Assembly: GCA_028534125.1 (NCBI GenBank)
Contig: CM052817.1
Span: 96,660,001-96,724,000 of the forward strand
Source of the DNA: Lama glama
Lineage: Eukaryota
Length of the DNA: 64,000 nucleotides
Direction: 5' to 3'
The translations under genes and the position numbers were made by a program. This document shows, piece after piece, positions 26,270-39,952 of this stretch. The notes below the pieces were generated by a model. The model was not told where the DNA came from, did not search any database, and saw nothing but the letters and a program-made list of their open reading frames with translations. Position 1 is the stretch's first letter. The number at the start of each line of letters is the position of its first letter.

Positions 26270-27130
26270 GAACAATATGAGCACTGCCTCCGCCCTCATG
26301 GAGCTTAGAGTCTCAAAATACATATTTATTGAGTGATTTATATGTATCAGGCACTGAGGTGAGCACTGGGGATAAATGGTGAGCAAGTTCTTGCTGTCTA
26401 GGTGCTTAGAACGTAGGGGAGAAGTGACAAACACAAAACATACCAGCCACACAAGTAAGTGTCAAACTGAAATGGGGAAGGTGCCAGGAAGGGAAGAGGT
26501 GCCCTCTGCTATTACAGGACTTTCGCCTCACAGACTGATCATGTGAGCTCAATTCTGAATGATGATGAAAAGAAAAGCCATTTGAAGGGCAAAGAGCAGA
26601 CACTCTCCAGAGGCAGAGGGAGGGAGCCAGTCTATTTTATAAAAGAAAAGAAAGCCACTGTGAGTGGACTGAACAACAAGAGGGATCACAGAGCGAGATG
26701 AAGTTGGGAAGGAGGTAGGGTCCACGGCCATTCAGGCTATTTTAAGGGGATTCTCACTTTACTCCAGGAGCCCTGGGACTCAATCACAGAGTTTTAAGTC
26801 ATGGTAACAGTGTGTTGAATATTATGTTCATATTGCCTTTTGTAAAGCTCACGGGGTTACAATGTGGAGATCTGACTGGAATATTATGAAGCAAGAGTGA
26901 CAGATAAGATAGAAAATTCTGGAAGCTAATGAGCAGTTTGAACAAGAGGCAATGGTATTCCAGACTAGGGTAGAGGTGGTGGAGGACAGAAGAGATATAC
27001 AGGCATTAAAATGACAGGATTTTCATGATACTTTGGATATGAAAGGTGAGGGAGATGGAAGTAAGAATGACAGGACTTTTGGCTTAGGACACTGGATGCA
27101 TGATGGTGCTACTCACAGAAGTAGGATTCT
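26270..27130 (-). mobile_element. L2 LINE fragment
   Basis: gccctcatggagcttagagtct, atttattgagtg...tatcaggcact, aaatgacaggattt...ggatatgaaaggtgagggag. Confidence 0.75.
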
Positions 27131-27223
27131 TGATATTATTCCTAAGTACAGATCTTTTTGCTATCTGTTGTAAAATTTACATAAGGCTCCCACATATCCT
27201 AAAACAATTATAGGTACACATCA

Positions 27224-27591
27224 TGATCTTCATCCATTAGAGTTGCTCTAACAAAAATACCATAGATTGGGTAACTTAACAAATACTTCTCACAGTTCTG
27301 GAGGCTGCAAGTCCAAGATCAAGTCATTGATAGATTCAGTATCTGGGGAGGGCCTGCTTCTTGGTTCATAGGCAGCTGTCTTCTCTCTGTATTGTCACAA
27401 AGCAGAAGGGGTGAAGGAGCTCTCTTCGGTCTCTTTTATAAGGGCGCTTAATCTCATTCACAAGGGCTCCACCCTCACAACCTAATTATCTCCCAAAGAC
27501 TCCACTTCCTAACAGCATCACATTAGGATGGATCACAACAAAGGAACTGGGGCAGGGGGAGGGATGGAATACAAACATTCAATCCATAACA
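27224..27591 (-). mobile_element. MLT1-type ERVL-MaLR solo LTR
   Basis: Antisense motifs taacaaaataccataga, tctcacagttctggaggctgcaagtccaagatcaag, ctcttttataagggc, aaacattcaatccataaca. Confidence 0.88.
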
Positions 27592-27621
27592 ATCTTAGCC
27601 TCACTAAGTGAAAATGTCTGG

Positions 27622-27750
27622 TGGGGAGGGTATAGCTCAGTGGTAGAGTGTGAGCTTAGCATGCGTGAGGTCCTGGGTTCAATCCCCAATACCTCCATTA
27701 AAATAAATAAATAAACCTAATTACTCACCCCCCCCAAAAAAAGTATTAAA
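27622..27750 (+). mobile_element. Camelid tRNA-derived SINE (Vic-1 type)
   Basis: ggggagggtatagctcagtggtagag...gaggtcctgggttcaatcccc...aaataaacctaattac, then A-rich tail. Confidence 0.92.
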
Positions 27751-29759
27751 AATATTCTGCCCCTGCCAGACACACTCACCAGTGTTCTTTGCACAAGTGA
27801 AGGCTTTGTGAGACAGACGGAAAAATACCTACAATATTGTCTATGTAACTTAACAAACCATATGGCCCCTCTCGCTCTAACTCATTTTTTCCAGGACCAC
27901 AGATTTAGCTGATTGCTTATCAGACAAGGTTCACATACCAAACAACTAGAATCTCTCCAAATGAAGGAAGATATTCACACAGCTGACTCTGAAAATTAAC
28001 CCCAAGCACAGAAAGAAAAATGTTTCCAGATCCTCTACATCACTTCTAGCTGTGAGACAGGATTTTTTTTTAATAGCTTACGTGATTCTTCTGAAAACTA
28101 TGTGTAATTAACTATCATTTCTACATTTAAGGTACCAAATTTAGAAGCCATAAAATTGATTACTAGTCAATCAGATGATCAATTTTTAAGACATGTCTTG
28201 ACCGATTAATGCTAGATTGGAAAACCTGCTCTCGTGAGGAGTTAGAGGTGCCTGAGGCCCACCATTTAAAACGTGAAATTATTTTTTAAAGAAGACAGAA
28301 ACAGAGAAGTATTACCTTGGAAAGAGAAAAAGAGATTAGAGAGAGAAGAGCTATCTTTCCCCACCAAAGGCCTCAAGATTTTAGTCAATAATGTTGGCAA
28401 TTAATTAAGTTTATACAAAATAGAGTATGAGCTGTTCTTTTTTAGTGTTTCTATTTACCAGGCACTATGCACACGGAACCTAGTTTAAGCTCACAAAACC
28501 CCTCAGGTTGGTATTACTGCCATTTTATCAATGTCAAAACAGAGGTTCCTCAGCAAGTATAAAGAACTTGTCTGAGCTCACACGGCGACCTAGGCCTGTG
28601 TATTTGCCACCATCCCACGCTATCTTCCCACACAGAATCCACCAAAACATCTCCCAAGGAACACCGCCATCAAACAGTGTGCTGGGTTGGGCTGGAATTC
28701 AGAGAGCCCTTTGCCCCACTAGTTACAAAGCAGTGCTTCATGAAGGAGATGACCTTGATTTTGCCACAGAGCTTGTCACTAAAAATAAATACCTGTTGAT
28801 CAAGCGATTGGAAAATTAAATGAAGCAAGTAAAGGGGTATTTGGAGAAGACTGTTTTTCACTGTTTCAAAATTGGAAATACATCCTTTTATGAAACCGTG
28901 CAGACTCCTTATATTTTTCAGGAATAGTCAACAAAAAAGAAAAGAATTGAATGTTCAGTTACTTTGAGGAAAATGAAGATCAAACATCACTCTTGTAAAC
29001 AAGTCTCCCAACTTTGGGGTCAAAAAGATTCTCTATAAAATGGAGGCACTTTTATTATCCCCAAAAGGTGGTCCCCGAGCTGTCCTGGACTTTCCTGCTA
29101 ACTGAACACGTGGCTGAGGGGCTGACCTCAGCTTCTCCGCTGAACCTCTTTCTGCATGACTAGTGAGAACCTGCCTTCCTGGGACATGCCCACACTTGAA
29201 CTTTGTTGGGCTCCTGTCCCTGTTTCACCAGCCTCAAAGTTTAATCGTAATTCCATCACGAGAACATGAATGAATCACATACAATGAAGTGACAGATTCT
29301 CCAACATTCTTGAGCAAGATGGGCTAAGTCTTATGTTACATTTGGCCCATGTAGACTTGGCTGAAGGCGCACCTCAAAATCAGTGGAGCTAAAGAAGGAC
29401 CGCCTTGTAGCCTTATAGTTTCCTCGTGGTGATACCTTGCATTTTAAAACACATACTCTTTAGTTTTTTCCTAATTCTCTTCAGGCTTCACCTACATGAA
29501 CCATAAATAATTGGGTTTTATTTTTAATCAATTCAATGAGAGAAAAATAAACTGATTATTTCTCCTTGAATGAAGGAAGCCAGGAAGGGAGGAGATTTTT
29601 CTCTCTACAACTGCGTATGTTGTTGTGATATTGGCAAAACACAAAGGAGGCATTGTGTGTCCTAAATCAAATAGAGCACAGCCTCCAAGACACCGTGGGA
29701 TGGGGCCCCCCCTCCTCTGCCCTTTCCTCCTAACAATCCTCTATACGATGGTTCCTCTC

Positions 29760-30180
29760 CAACCACACCAACCTTCTCTCTGTTCCTCAGATAAACCGAG
29801 CTTGCTCCTGCTGAGACCACGGCACCTCGCTGCTCCCTCTGCCCAGAACACTCTGCTCCCAGGTTAGATGTACAGTTTCCTTCTACTTGTCATTCATGAC
29901 TCAGCTGACATGTCATCTCCTCTTGTTTTCCCAGGTCACTCTCCCTAATAGCAGCTGTGAATCCCTCTCTTTGCGGCTGTGTTTACTTCATAGCACTGTC
30001 CCATCTCTGAAATATCCTGTTCATTTGTGTTTGGTTGTTTTCTGTCTGTGTCCCCCATCTAATACAAGCACCTCGAGAGCAAGGACCTTGTCTGTCTTGT
30101 CCACCAGCACATCTCCAGAGAACTGAACTTGCGCCTGATGCAGAGTTCTCAATAAATATTTGCTGCATGAATGAATTAAC
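29760..30180 (+). mobile_element. L2 LINE 3' end
   Basis: ccctctgcccagaacactct ... ctcaataaatatttgctgcatgaatgaat terminus. Confidence 0.85.
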
Positions 30181-31587
30181 AAATAAATAACTATATTCAT
30201 GAAGGAATGATTGATTTCTATGAAAGTTGCAGTAAAGTCCCTCATACCCTCTAAACACAGCCAGGAGTTATGGTAAATCCGCAGTCTGCTACAGAAGAGG
30301 CAAATAACTCTGGGAACAAGGTTCCATCCTTGATACTCATTCTTATGGTTTAGCCAAACTTCAACCAATGAAAAAGTGAGAAAATCCTTCTTTTTATTGC
30401 CATGTCTAGGTTTTTCTCTTTGTGCCTAAAGATGATAGTCCTGAATAAAAGTCAACAAATAAAAATCCATCATATAGTAACAAAATACCTTCTTCCTTCA
30501 TAATTAAAAGGATTTCAATAGAAGCAAGCAATTCTTGGTTTTCTCAACTTAACGTATTCCAAAGACTGTTTCTGCAGTTCACCAGGCATAAAATTCAATG
30601 CATGCAGCTTACATTCTTTGGATCTACTTCATCTTAATTAATTTCTGAAAATTTCCACTTCATGTTCTCCCTCCCTCTTTCTCCTCCCCCACCTCTGGAA
30701 GTACATGCCTCACTTTAAAATACAGATAAGGATTTGAGGGCCACAGAATGGGCATATCTTGAATCATGGCCACAGTCAGAAGGACAAAGAAAACAAGGAT
30801 GTTATGTCACAAAATGTTTGAACTAGAAAGATCTCTCTTTTACTAAAGAAAAGCCACGCATAATGGCTGCCTGACTTTTTAAATTTATGGAGGCAAAAAT
30901 ATTTTGTTTCACTTAATACTACATATAGAAATATAATAATCTAAAACATATGCCATTCTATTTAAAGCTATTTGTCATTCTTGTTGAAAATCAGTACCAT
31001 TCAAATCATTGTATTCATATATAGAATACATTTTACCTCTTTATGAAGATGAAAATTTAAATATTTAACATTTATCTAAAGTGCCTATTCAAATACATTT
31101 TCAAAAAAACATTAAAAACAATCAGCTAAAAATTAAAATTTCCTTTTATTTGGAGTTTAAAACATTAAAGATTTAATGACCAACATTTAACAAATAGTAA
31201 TAACAGTGATAAAATAAACGAAATGGAAATAGTTTCTACTGATGTAAATGTCTTTACATTTAGGGAAATTTGACAAATTGCCTCCAGGAAAAACGTCAGC
31301 CAGTATATGGATTAAAAAAGCATTGTATGATGGGCAAAGAGTGGACATTTTCATTAACCAGCATTTTCCTCTACAGAATGGGTTTCTCCAGCTTCAATGT
31401 GCCTTATGCCCCCATTTATAGGCTAAATTCTTAACCTGCCTCTAAGCTAATATTCAGTAAGTGAGGTAATTCGATGACTCAAATTGATCTTCCACTATCC
31501 TTAATTTTTTGCAGGCAAACTGACCCTCTCAACCTAAACTCAAATGCACGTGGCTGGTTTTTGTTGCTTTAAAATTGTACTGCACAA

Positions 31588-31711
31588 GCAGAAGACCTAC
31601 ACAGACATTTCTCCAAAGACATACAGTTGGCCAACAGGCACATGAAAGGATGCTCAACATCACTATTTGTTAGAGAAATGCAAGTCAAAACTACAATAAG
31701 GTATTACCTCA
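31588..31711 (+). mobile_element. Isolated internal L1 ORF2 fragment
   Basis: cagacatttctccaaagac...gccaacaggcacatgaaaggatgctcaacatcac...gaaatgcaagtcaaaactacaat; homologous to 12585-12710. Confidence 0.85.
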
Positions 31712-31734
31712 AAATTGCAAAAAATTGCCAAAAA

Positions 31735-32390
31735 GTTATCATCACCCCAAAATAAAACCCAGTACCCATTAAGCAGTCACTCCCTATTCCCTCTTCCCCC
31801 ATTCCCCGGCATCTATCAGTCTGCTTTCTGTCTCTACAGATTTACCTACTCCAGATATTTCATAAACTGGAATCATACAACATGTGACCTTTGGTGTCCA
31901 TCTTCCTTCACTTAGCATAATGTTTTCAAAGTCTGTCCATATTGTAGCACAGATTAGTACTTAATTTCTCAATAAATTATGGCCAAATACTATTCCCTTG
32001 TTTGTATATAAGTTTGTTTACCTATTCACGCACTGATGAATATCTGGATGGTTTTCATCTTTTGACTATTGTCAATAGTGTTTCTGTGAACATTCACGTA
32101 TAAATACTTGAGTAACTGTTTTTATTTCTTTTGGATATAAAACTAGGAGTGGAACTGCTGGGTTACATACACAGTTACTCTATGTTTAACTTTTTGAGAA
32201 ACTGCCAAGCTATTTTCCACAGCAGCTGAGCCATTTTGCATCCCCACCAGCAATGTAAGAGGGTTCCAATGTCTCCACATCCTTGCCAACGCTTGTTGTT
32301 TTCCATTTTGGTTTCTTCTTTTCTTTTTTTGGTTTTTGGTTTTAATTATAGCTATCTAAGTGGGTGTGAGGTGGCATCTCACTGTGAACT
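31735..32390 (-). mobile_element. L1MB-like 3' region
   Basis: cccattaagcagtcactccc, cttccttcacttagcataatgttttcaa, ccccaccagcaatgtaagagggttccaatgtctccacatccttgccaac. Confidence 0.88.
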
Positions 32391-32519
32391 TTCCATTGTT
32401 TTTACATACAGCTTGAACACAGAGAACTCCACCAACTAATTTTCTTAACAATTTTTGCTGTTGTCTTGTAAGGCGTCTCCCCACCCCTAGGCATATGCCA
32501 TTTTCTAACATAACAACGA

Positions 32520-32740
32520 CAATAACAAAAATGAGACTAGCTGACCCTTACATAGTGCTGGTTGCTTTACATGTATTATTATTATTATTATTAAGACTCA
32601 ACCCTCACAACAACTCCATGAGGTATTGTTCCCTCCAGCTTACCAATGAGGAAACAGACCACTAAAGAGCTCAAGTGTCTTGTCCAAGCTCTACAACCAG
32701 TAAATCCTGAAGCTATCGTTCAAACCCCGTCTGCCACTCA
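32520..32740 (-). mobile_element. MIR SINE
   Basis: ctcacaacaactccatgaggta...atgaggaaacaga...cttgtccaag. Confidence 0.7.
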
Positions 32741-33273
32741 AGTTCATTTTTCCCTTTTGTTTCCAGTATGTATTCCAAAGTAGTTGAAACCCAGAGGCCT
32801 TATAGATAGATGCAAAGCTGGTTAATGCAACTTATTACATACAATACAGAGTTTGAAATCAGGCACTCATGCTATATTTTAACCATAAATGTGTGACTAG
32901 GATTTTAGCTCTTTGCTTTAAAAAGACTGTTGTTATATGTGCCCCTGAATGTACTTCCACTCTTAGTAAGGGTCAAGCATCCTTCATCCGAGCTGCGCGG
33001 GTAATGGAAGGGCTCACTAGTCAGGCCTGGGGAAGCCTGCGACCTGTGATGGCGCTCCCTCCAAGGCCTACACCATGCAACAAGGGTTTGGCTTTGACAC
33101 CATGAACGTCTCCACCAGCCTCCCCCATGAGCGGAGGCAAAATCTGAGCAGGGTAGTAAGGAAACGTAAACTTTAGCCTTCCTCTTTGAACCCTCTCAGG
33201 CCTTTAAGCACTGGAAACAGCAAGGACATTTCATGTTTCTGTGTAAAGAAAAAAAATCCAGTTTCTCCTGTAC

Positions 33274-33414
33274 CTTTGGAACTTGAAACTCAGCTCCTCA
33301 TCAGAGTTCCTGAATCAGCTCCAGATAGATAGGAAGAAACTTCTCTCCTTGACCTCAGAGCAGAACATTCCTTTCAAAACCTCCTCGTTCCCCCCAAATC
33401 ACATCAGTCTTCAG
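33274..33414 (-). other. Candidate non-coding internal exon (141 nt)
   Basis: Minus-strand acceptor ctcatttttctttactag|CTG and donor AAG|gtacag; stops in all three frames; no transcript evidence. Confidence 0.25.
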
Positions 33415-36296
33415 CTAGTAAAGAAAAATGAGTTTAAAAAAAATTTTTAAGAGTTACTTAGTAACAAAAATCATGACCCGCTGCTAAGGATGTGATCAGG
33501 CAATACCACACTATGACAGAGAATGACTCAGAAAGTTATATAATGTTCTCAAATCCCCCAGAGGGTCCAGAGAGCCCTGCAACCTCTGCCCTCCTCATGC
33601 TTGTCATTCCAGCCTGATCGACCAGTGTCCGGGCGGTGTTCGTGGTGTGTGGCCATCCCATCTGACAAGAGAGAGCAAGCCTGCCATTCTACCCGGTCTG
33701 TCACTACCCGGAAGAGAAAAGAATGAACATCCAGCGAGCACCTACTATGTGCCAGGCACTTTACAGACACAAGAAGTAGTAACAGATGAGAGGAGGGCCC
33801 AGGAGTCAAGGAGACCAAGGTGTGATGCTCACCTTCACCTCTCATCACCTGAACGACTCCAGGCAAGAAATGTAACCACTCTGCATCTCAGTTTGCTCAT
33901 CCGTAAAATCTACTGGTTCATGAATCATAAAGATGACAGTGAGGATTGCATTTCATAACACTGTCAAGGGCTTTGCACGTAGCCTGGATCAGAGTAATGG
34001 CTCAGTGAGTATTAGCTGTTAACAGCAGTGCTATCACTATTATTGTTCCAATATCTCCCATTCTCTTCTTAAGCAGAGAAAGCTCCGAATGGGAAGAACT
34101 CAGCCCTTCCCAGTTACTCCCAAGAGACTTCTGAGTGTAAGGTGTTCCTCTCACCTGGATGTCCCCGCCACCAGGAAGCATCTAAATGGAGAATTTGATG
34201 CATTGCTCTTAACCTTAGTAATGCCTGCTCCATCGTTGCCAAAACACAAATCCTTATAGTTCTTTCTAAATGGGTTTGTGAAGACAGGATTTAAACTCAA
34301 ATGTAAACTTGGGCCACTCACAGCAACAAAAAGTGACATTTCAATTGTTGTCAAAGGTCAGGGGTGGCACTAAAATGAAACACCAACAGCTCATTGCTGG
34401 AATAACCGACTCCGTCCTGCTAAGAGTTCACCCAGCTACTGAACGGATGGGAAGTCTTCTTTAGAATGTCTCATCCAGACGAGTCCGTGGAAAACCTTGG
34501 CCCATTTTTAGAACAAAATTGAAATTGGCCTTTTATGGTGATTCAAAAGCAGGCAGATAGTATCTGCAATTATTTGCCTCTGCATTTATGGAATTGCTGA
34601 TCCCCCAAAGCAGGTGGCCTGAAGCAAACGGTGCCAGCTGCTTCCAGAATAATCCATGTTTGTACATTCACTCCCCACACACACTCAAAAAAAATAATAA
34701 AACTAACAGGAACTAAAAAGAAACAGGCACATGCAAAAAACAGGTCACTGACGCATGCACCTCGGCCCACAGTCAGCCAGATTTTGTCCTCCCTTTTTGC
34801 TCAATTAAATGGACAACTTTTAGCTCTTGTCTTACTTGGCTTTTTGAATACTTTCCGAAGCATTTACACTGTTGTGTAATGGAAACTTTACAGCTTTCTG
34901 GAAACTGCCTCATTCTGGTCCTAGTGACATCCTGCTCCCCAGGTTCTCTTGGCATCTTTCTGCTTCTCAGTCTCTGTCTCCTTCTTGGGTGCATCTTTCC
35001 CTGTCTCCTCACTCATATTGTGGTGTTCCTGGGGATGCCCACTCCCTTTACTCATTATTACAGTACAAATAACTGCATGGCACATATGGCCTACTACTAG
35101 GAGAAATGGAATCTGAATCATGCATTTCAGTTGGAGAGCATTCTAAAACTTATACCTTCCTTTCTTAATAAAGGCATTTACTTGCCTCAAATAAAGCAAC
35201 TTAAGGTAAAGCCTTTAGATCATGTCCTCTTTCCAAGAAGGCAAGGACACAGGCATGTGGAAATGCCCACAGGCTAGTGGGAAAATTAAATTGATATAAC
35301 CTTCTTGAAACCAATTTACCAATAATTATCAAAAAGCCTTTACGATGCCAACATATTCCAATGCAAAAATTCTCTTTCCACATGACAATTGGAACATTTA
35401 CTAATATTCATCTTAAGCAACGCTCAATTAAAAATGTGTTTGAAATAGCTAAAAATTTAAAGCAATCTAAATCGTTTGATAAACCATGGCATACCCATAT
35501 AATGACAGTTTAAAATCTCCAAAATACATTCTTAAATGAAAAAGTTAAAAATAATAAATAGGATAAGGCCCCAGTTCTTAATACCTGCATGTGAATTTGA
35601 ATAGACATACATACATATAGAAAACAAGAGAGGGGAAATGGAAAGAAGTCATATTCGATGTTAATAAAGATTCTTTCTTTGTGTAAGAAAGATGGATGAC
35701 TTGTATTTTATTCTTTGGGCTTTTCTATGTTTTCAAAATTCACTGAAATAACATGGATTACCTTTCTAATGAGGGGAAATAAACTTCTTAGGGAAAAGCC
35801 TCTGAGAAGAGAGAGAGAGGTCAACAGGTAACTACCCTCCGAGAACTTGTAACTCCAATAAGAAGTTACGTGTTACAGACCATCATAAGAACATTATAAA
35901 AGTTACATCTAAGAAAGATCCATTCAGTGAGACTATCTGAAATAGAATATATGTTTCAGAAGAAGAAGCATTTGATTAAACAGACTAAATCCTGTTTGAG
36001 CAGTCCAGGGATAAACACAGGAGGAGAGATGTCTCACTTGTTACAATCTAACGTAGGGAAGAGAACAGCACCTGGCTGACTTCAGAATTTGTCAAGAGAT
36101 AGTTTAGCTTTCTCAAATGTGTGAGATACATAGTGTAAAGATGGAAGCATTGCCTCTGGAATTAGATGAGCAACGTTTACCTTCTGCTAACTAGCTGCCT
36201 AGCCTTACGGAAGTGATTCAAAATTTTAAACCTCAGAGATTTTTTAATTTGTGAAATAAAGATAATGCTTACTTCACATAGTGTAGATAAAGAAAT

Positions 36297-36930
36297 CAGT
36301 GGATTCTTATCATGCACGGATTCCACTTGCCTACCTGCTAAAATTCCTTTGGAATCTCAAATCAATACTCCCAGTGCTTTCACGGTCATCTGTGAATACG
36401 CTCGGAGCAGGGAGCATTTTGAGGTGCAACCACACATTCCCAACCGAGGTGGGACAAACAATGCTCTGCCTTCTTTCTTGTTTTAGTAGCTCTCAGACTG
36501 TGAACAAGTGTCCTTTTCATTGTCTATTTAATGCCATATTTTTCACATTTTTGTACTTTTTTGTTAGGATTGCACTGTTTAAAATGGCCACCTAGCGTAG
36601 CACCAAAGTGCTGTCTCACATTTCTAAGTGCACGAGGGCTGCAATGTACCTTGAGGGAAAAACACATGTATTAAGTAAGTTTCATTCAGACATGAATAAC
36701 AGTGCTGTTGGCTGTGAGTTCAAAGTTAATGAATCAATAATATATGTTAAATAAGGTCTCTTTCAACAGAAACACATAAAAAACAAGATTATATATTGAT
36801 CAGTTGACAAAAATGTTGTCACCAGAGGCTCACAGGAACCTAACCTTGTATTTCCTCTATGAGCAATGCTTCAGTATTTGCTAATTCACTGCTTGTAGCA
36901 ACATTATAGACCACAATTATTGAGTATCAA
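36297..36930 (+). mobile_element. MER82 (TcMar-Tigger), near full length
   Basis: Colinear with recalled MER82: aatcaatactc, ctgtttaaaatggcc, agtgctgttggctgtgagttcaa, ccagaggctcacaggaacctaacc. Confidence 0.88.
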
Positions 36931-37150
36931 CTATGTTCCAGGCACTGTATTAAGCATATGATGTATGTTATCTCTTGTAATCCTCTCCACAATCTTCTGA
37001 GGTCAATCTGATTACTGTCAGCCATTTGAATGGTAAACGAACTAAAGCTTTGTGAGTTTAATTTGCCAGTGATCCCAGGGCTGGTGAATGTAGGAGATGA
37101 ACAAAGCTTCCCTGCCCCAGAGCCTACCAGCTTAACCTCTACACTGCACT
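36930..37150 (-). mobile_element. MIR SINE
   Basis: actatgttccaggcactgtattaagc...taatcctctccacaatc. Confidence 0.7.
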
Positions 37151-37699
37151 GAACTTAGTAATTTGATCAACTCAGGAGTTCCCCGTCACTTCAATTTCCG
37201 TACCGACATAACCTTTCTGTGATGTTTTTAAGGGAGCAAAGCGCTTAGAAACTAGCTCTGGTCCCCTCCCGCTCCCTCCTGCCTCCCCAAGTGCACAGCT
37301 TGCTTGGGTACTGAGTCTTCACTCCTGAAGGAGTTTTCACAGTCCCAGAGGCTTTAACTCGTCACGGAGTTTCATATCCAATGTTTCACATGTGTGCACA
37401 TGTTGTGTTCATGTTTACTTCATGGAAATATTTCAAGACAAAAATTTTTATCTGGGCATGTATGTAAGTATTACGAAACCACACTGAATAATGAAAAATC
37501 CTGGGAGTTGACAGAGTCACTCTGGGGACCTAAAAGTCACCTCACTGCTGAACCCTTACCATCTATACTACAAATACCACCCCATCTCTCTGGTGGAATC
37601 ACTTTCATACCTATGGGCAGGCTGCCCGTGGGGCATGGGTCTCTTCGGGGAAATGTCCTCGGGCTCTTCATGGGATTCCATGAGTCCATCCATCCAGCA

Positions 37700-38114
37700 G
37701 CTCCACACCTTCTGCCATGGACAGCGGACACACCACCCAGGCTGACCAACCAGAATCAGTCATCTTCCTCATACAACAGCCCAGGGAGGGTTCATCCAAG
37801 TCCTCTCTGAGGAATTGACATGGATGTCTCTTTTGCACTTTGATCCCAAGCTGTAAGAATGCTTGTGGCCACTAGGGATATGTTGCCATAGAGAGAGCCT
37901 AAGAAGAAAACAGTGGTGATAAGCGATGCTGAGAGACAAAGATCGACAAACAGACAGAGGGCTGATGAGACTGTCTGAACGCCTGGACCCAACGATGTGT
38001 GAAACCAGACCTACCACTTGAAGTTCCCAGTTAAGGAAACCAAAATATCCCCTTCCATATTTCGTTTGTGTGGGATTTTCAGTCACTTGCCATGTATATA
38101 GTCCTAACCAATAC
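37700..38114 (+). mobile_element. Old MLT1 (J/K-like) solo LTR
   Basis: 3' motifs cctggacccaac...ttcccagtta...gggattttcagtcacttgc...agtcctaaccaataca. Confidence 0.65.
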
Positions 38115-38439
38115 AGTGCACTTCACAATGTCATTGAAACCAAAGTTTCCCTTTTAGTGCTTTTATTCTGTTTTTAATTGTTGAGACAGTAGAAAAGTAC
38201 AAAACAATACCTTTTCTCTGAAAAAATAGGCATAATCATTACTTTTCATGGACTAGCAGTGCTAAATGGAATTGGAGGTTTAGAAAAACTGTCATAGTAT
38301 GTTTGATAAGTTAAAATAACAAGCTAAAGAAGCCCAGATACTGTTAGCATCAGAAATAGTGAGTAATATTATGTAAAAATTAAATGTGCATATTAAAACC
38401 ACATTTAATCTCTAAAACTCTGGGTGTGTGTATGTATGT

Positions 38440-39470
38440 GTACAAACCAATGACTTCCAACACCTCACCCCTGAATTTCAGAGTCATTTATCCATCTGCC
38501 AACTGGACATCTATCTCCCCTCTAATGTCACTAGGCAACCAATGTCCAAAAGACAGCTCTGGATTCCCTCTTCAGAACCTGCTCCTCGTCAGTTTGCCTT
38601 TTCAAGAAAAAGTCTTCAGTTCATCCAATGGCTAAGGTGCAAAACTTAGAAGTTATTCTTGACTCCTTTCCTCCTTTCACCTCACCTCTAGTCAATCAAC
38701 AAAAGCTGTTAGTTCTGCTGCAAAATATATCCTGTTTCCAACTGCTTCTCTCCATCTCCACCACCATGACCCTGGCCCAACCCACACCGCCTCTCCTGGG
38801 GTCACTGCCACAGTCTCTCCACTGGGATTCCTGCTTCTGCTCTCAGTCCCTTCTAGTCGACTGTTCACAAAATAGCCAGAGGCACAGCTTTTAAAATAGA
38901 AATCTGATCATGTCCTACCTCTGCTCAGAACCCTCCCATGGTATCCTGTTACACTCAGAAGAAAGGCCAAAGTGTTTATCATGACCTGTATGATCTGGAC
39001 CCTTGCAACCCAAGCTGTATCATCCTTTCTTACTGCTTCCCTCACTCATTCTGCCCCAGCTGCATTGGTCTCTTTCACTATCCCTACAATACAGCAAGCA
39101 TGCACTCACCTCAGTGCCTTTGCACTTCCTATTTTTTCTGCCTAGAATGTTCTACCCCTCAGCTATTGCCATGGCTTGTTTCATCTCTTCATTCAGGTCT
39201 TTGTTCAGATCTCACCTCAACCAAGAAGCCATCCCTAGCTGGCCTTTCTAAGATACTTATCCCCTCATTTGCTTTCTGGCCTTTACTCTGCTTTATTTTT
39301 CTTCATAGGTCTTATTTTTTTCCTTTCCTACTTGTTCACTGACTGATTGCCTTCTCTAGAATATAAGTGCCATGAAGTCAGGGACTCAGTTTTATTTACT
39401 GCAGTATCTCCATCATCTTGACCAATGCCAAATACAAAGTAAGCCCATGCTAAATATTTGTTGATTAATA
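38440..39470 (+). mobile_element. L2 LINE 3' ~1 kb
   Basis: tgacttccaa...aaatctgatcatgtc...ctagaatataagtgccatgaag...taaatatttgttgattaat. Confidence 0.88.
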
Positions 39471-39952
39471 AAAGAAGAAAATTTTGTAACATGTAACACA
39501 GGCAAAAAGTCAGTATTACTAATACAGAGAGATGTTCCCATCAATAAGAATATTATTTCATTCCCCTAGGAAAAAAATGGGGACACCCAATGCCCAGATA
39601 TAGGTGTTTAAGTATCATTCCCTGATAAAGGGAACTGGAACACCTTGGAGAAACTGGAGCACAAAAGAATACAAAATGACCCTGGAGCATCATGTAGGAC
39701 TAGAAAGAGAGGCTGTTCAAAGAACAAGAGTATAGGGACACAGGAGCCAACCTGAGTCTCTGGTGGCAAAGGTAGAAGAATCTGAGCAATAAAACTATTA
39801 GCATGGTATTCAATTACAATCCAAAGTATAAAATAAGTATAACAGGATCCCATGCTGATATAAATAAATGGTTGAATATATAAATAAATGGAGGGAAAAA
39901 GACATGTCTTCTTTACAGAAAAGTTTCAAATAATACATACGGTTACCCTCCC

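Noticed and set aside
27622..27700. tRNA-like sequences (also at 4473, ~6980-7050 and 62468)
   Set aside because: They continue into SINE body and A-tail, so they are SINE heads rather than tRNA genes.
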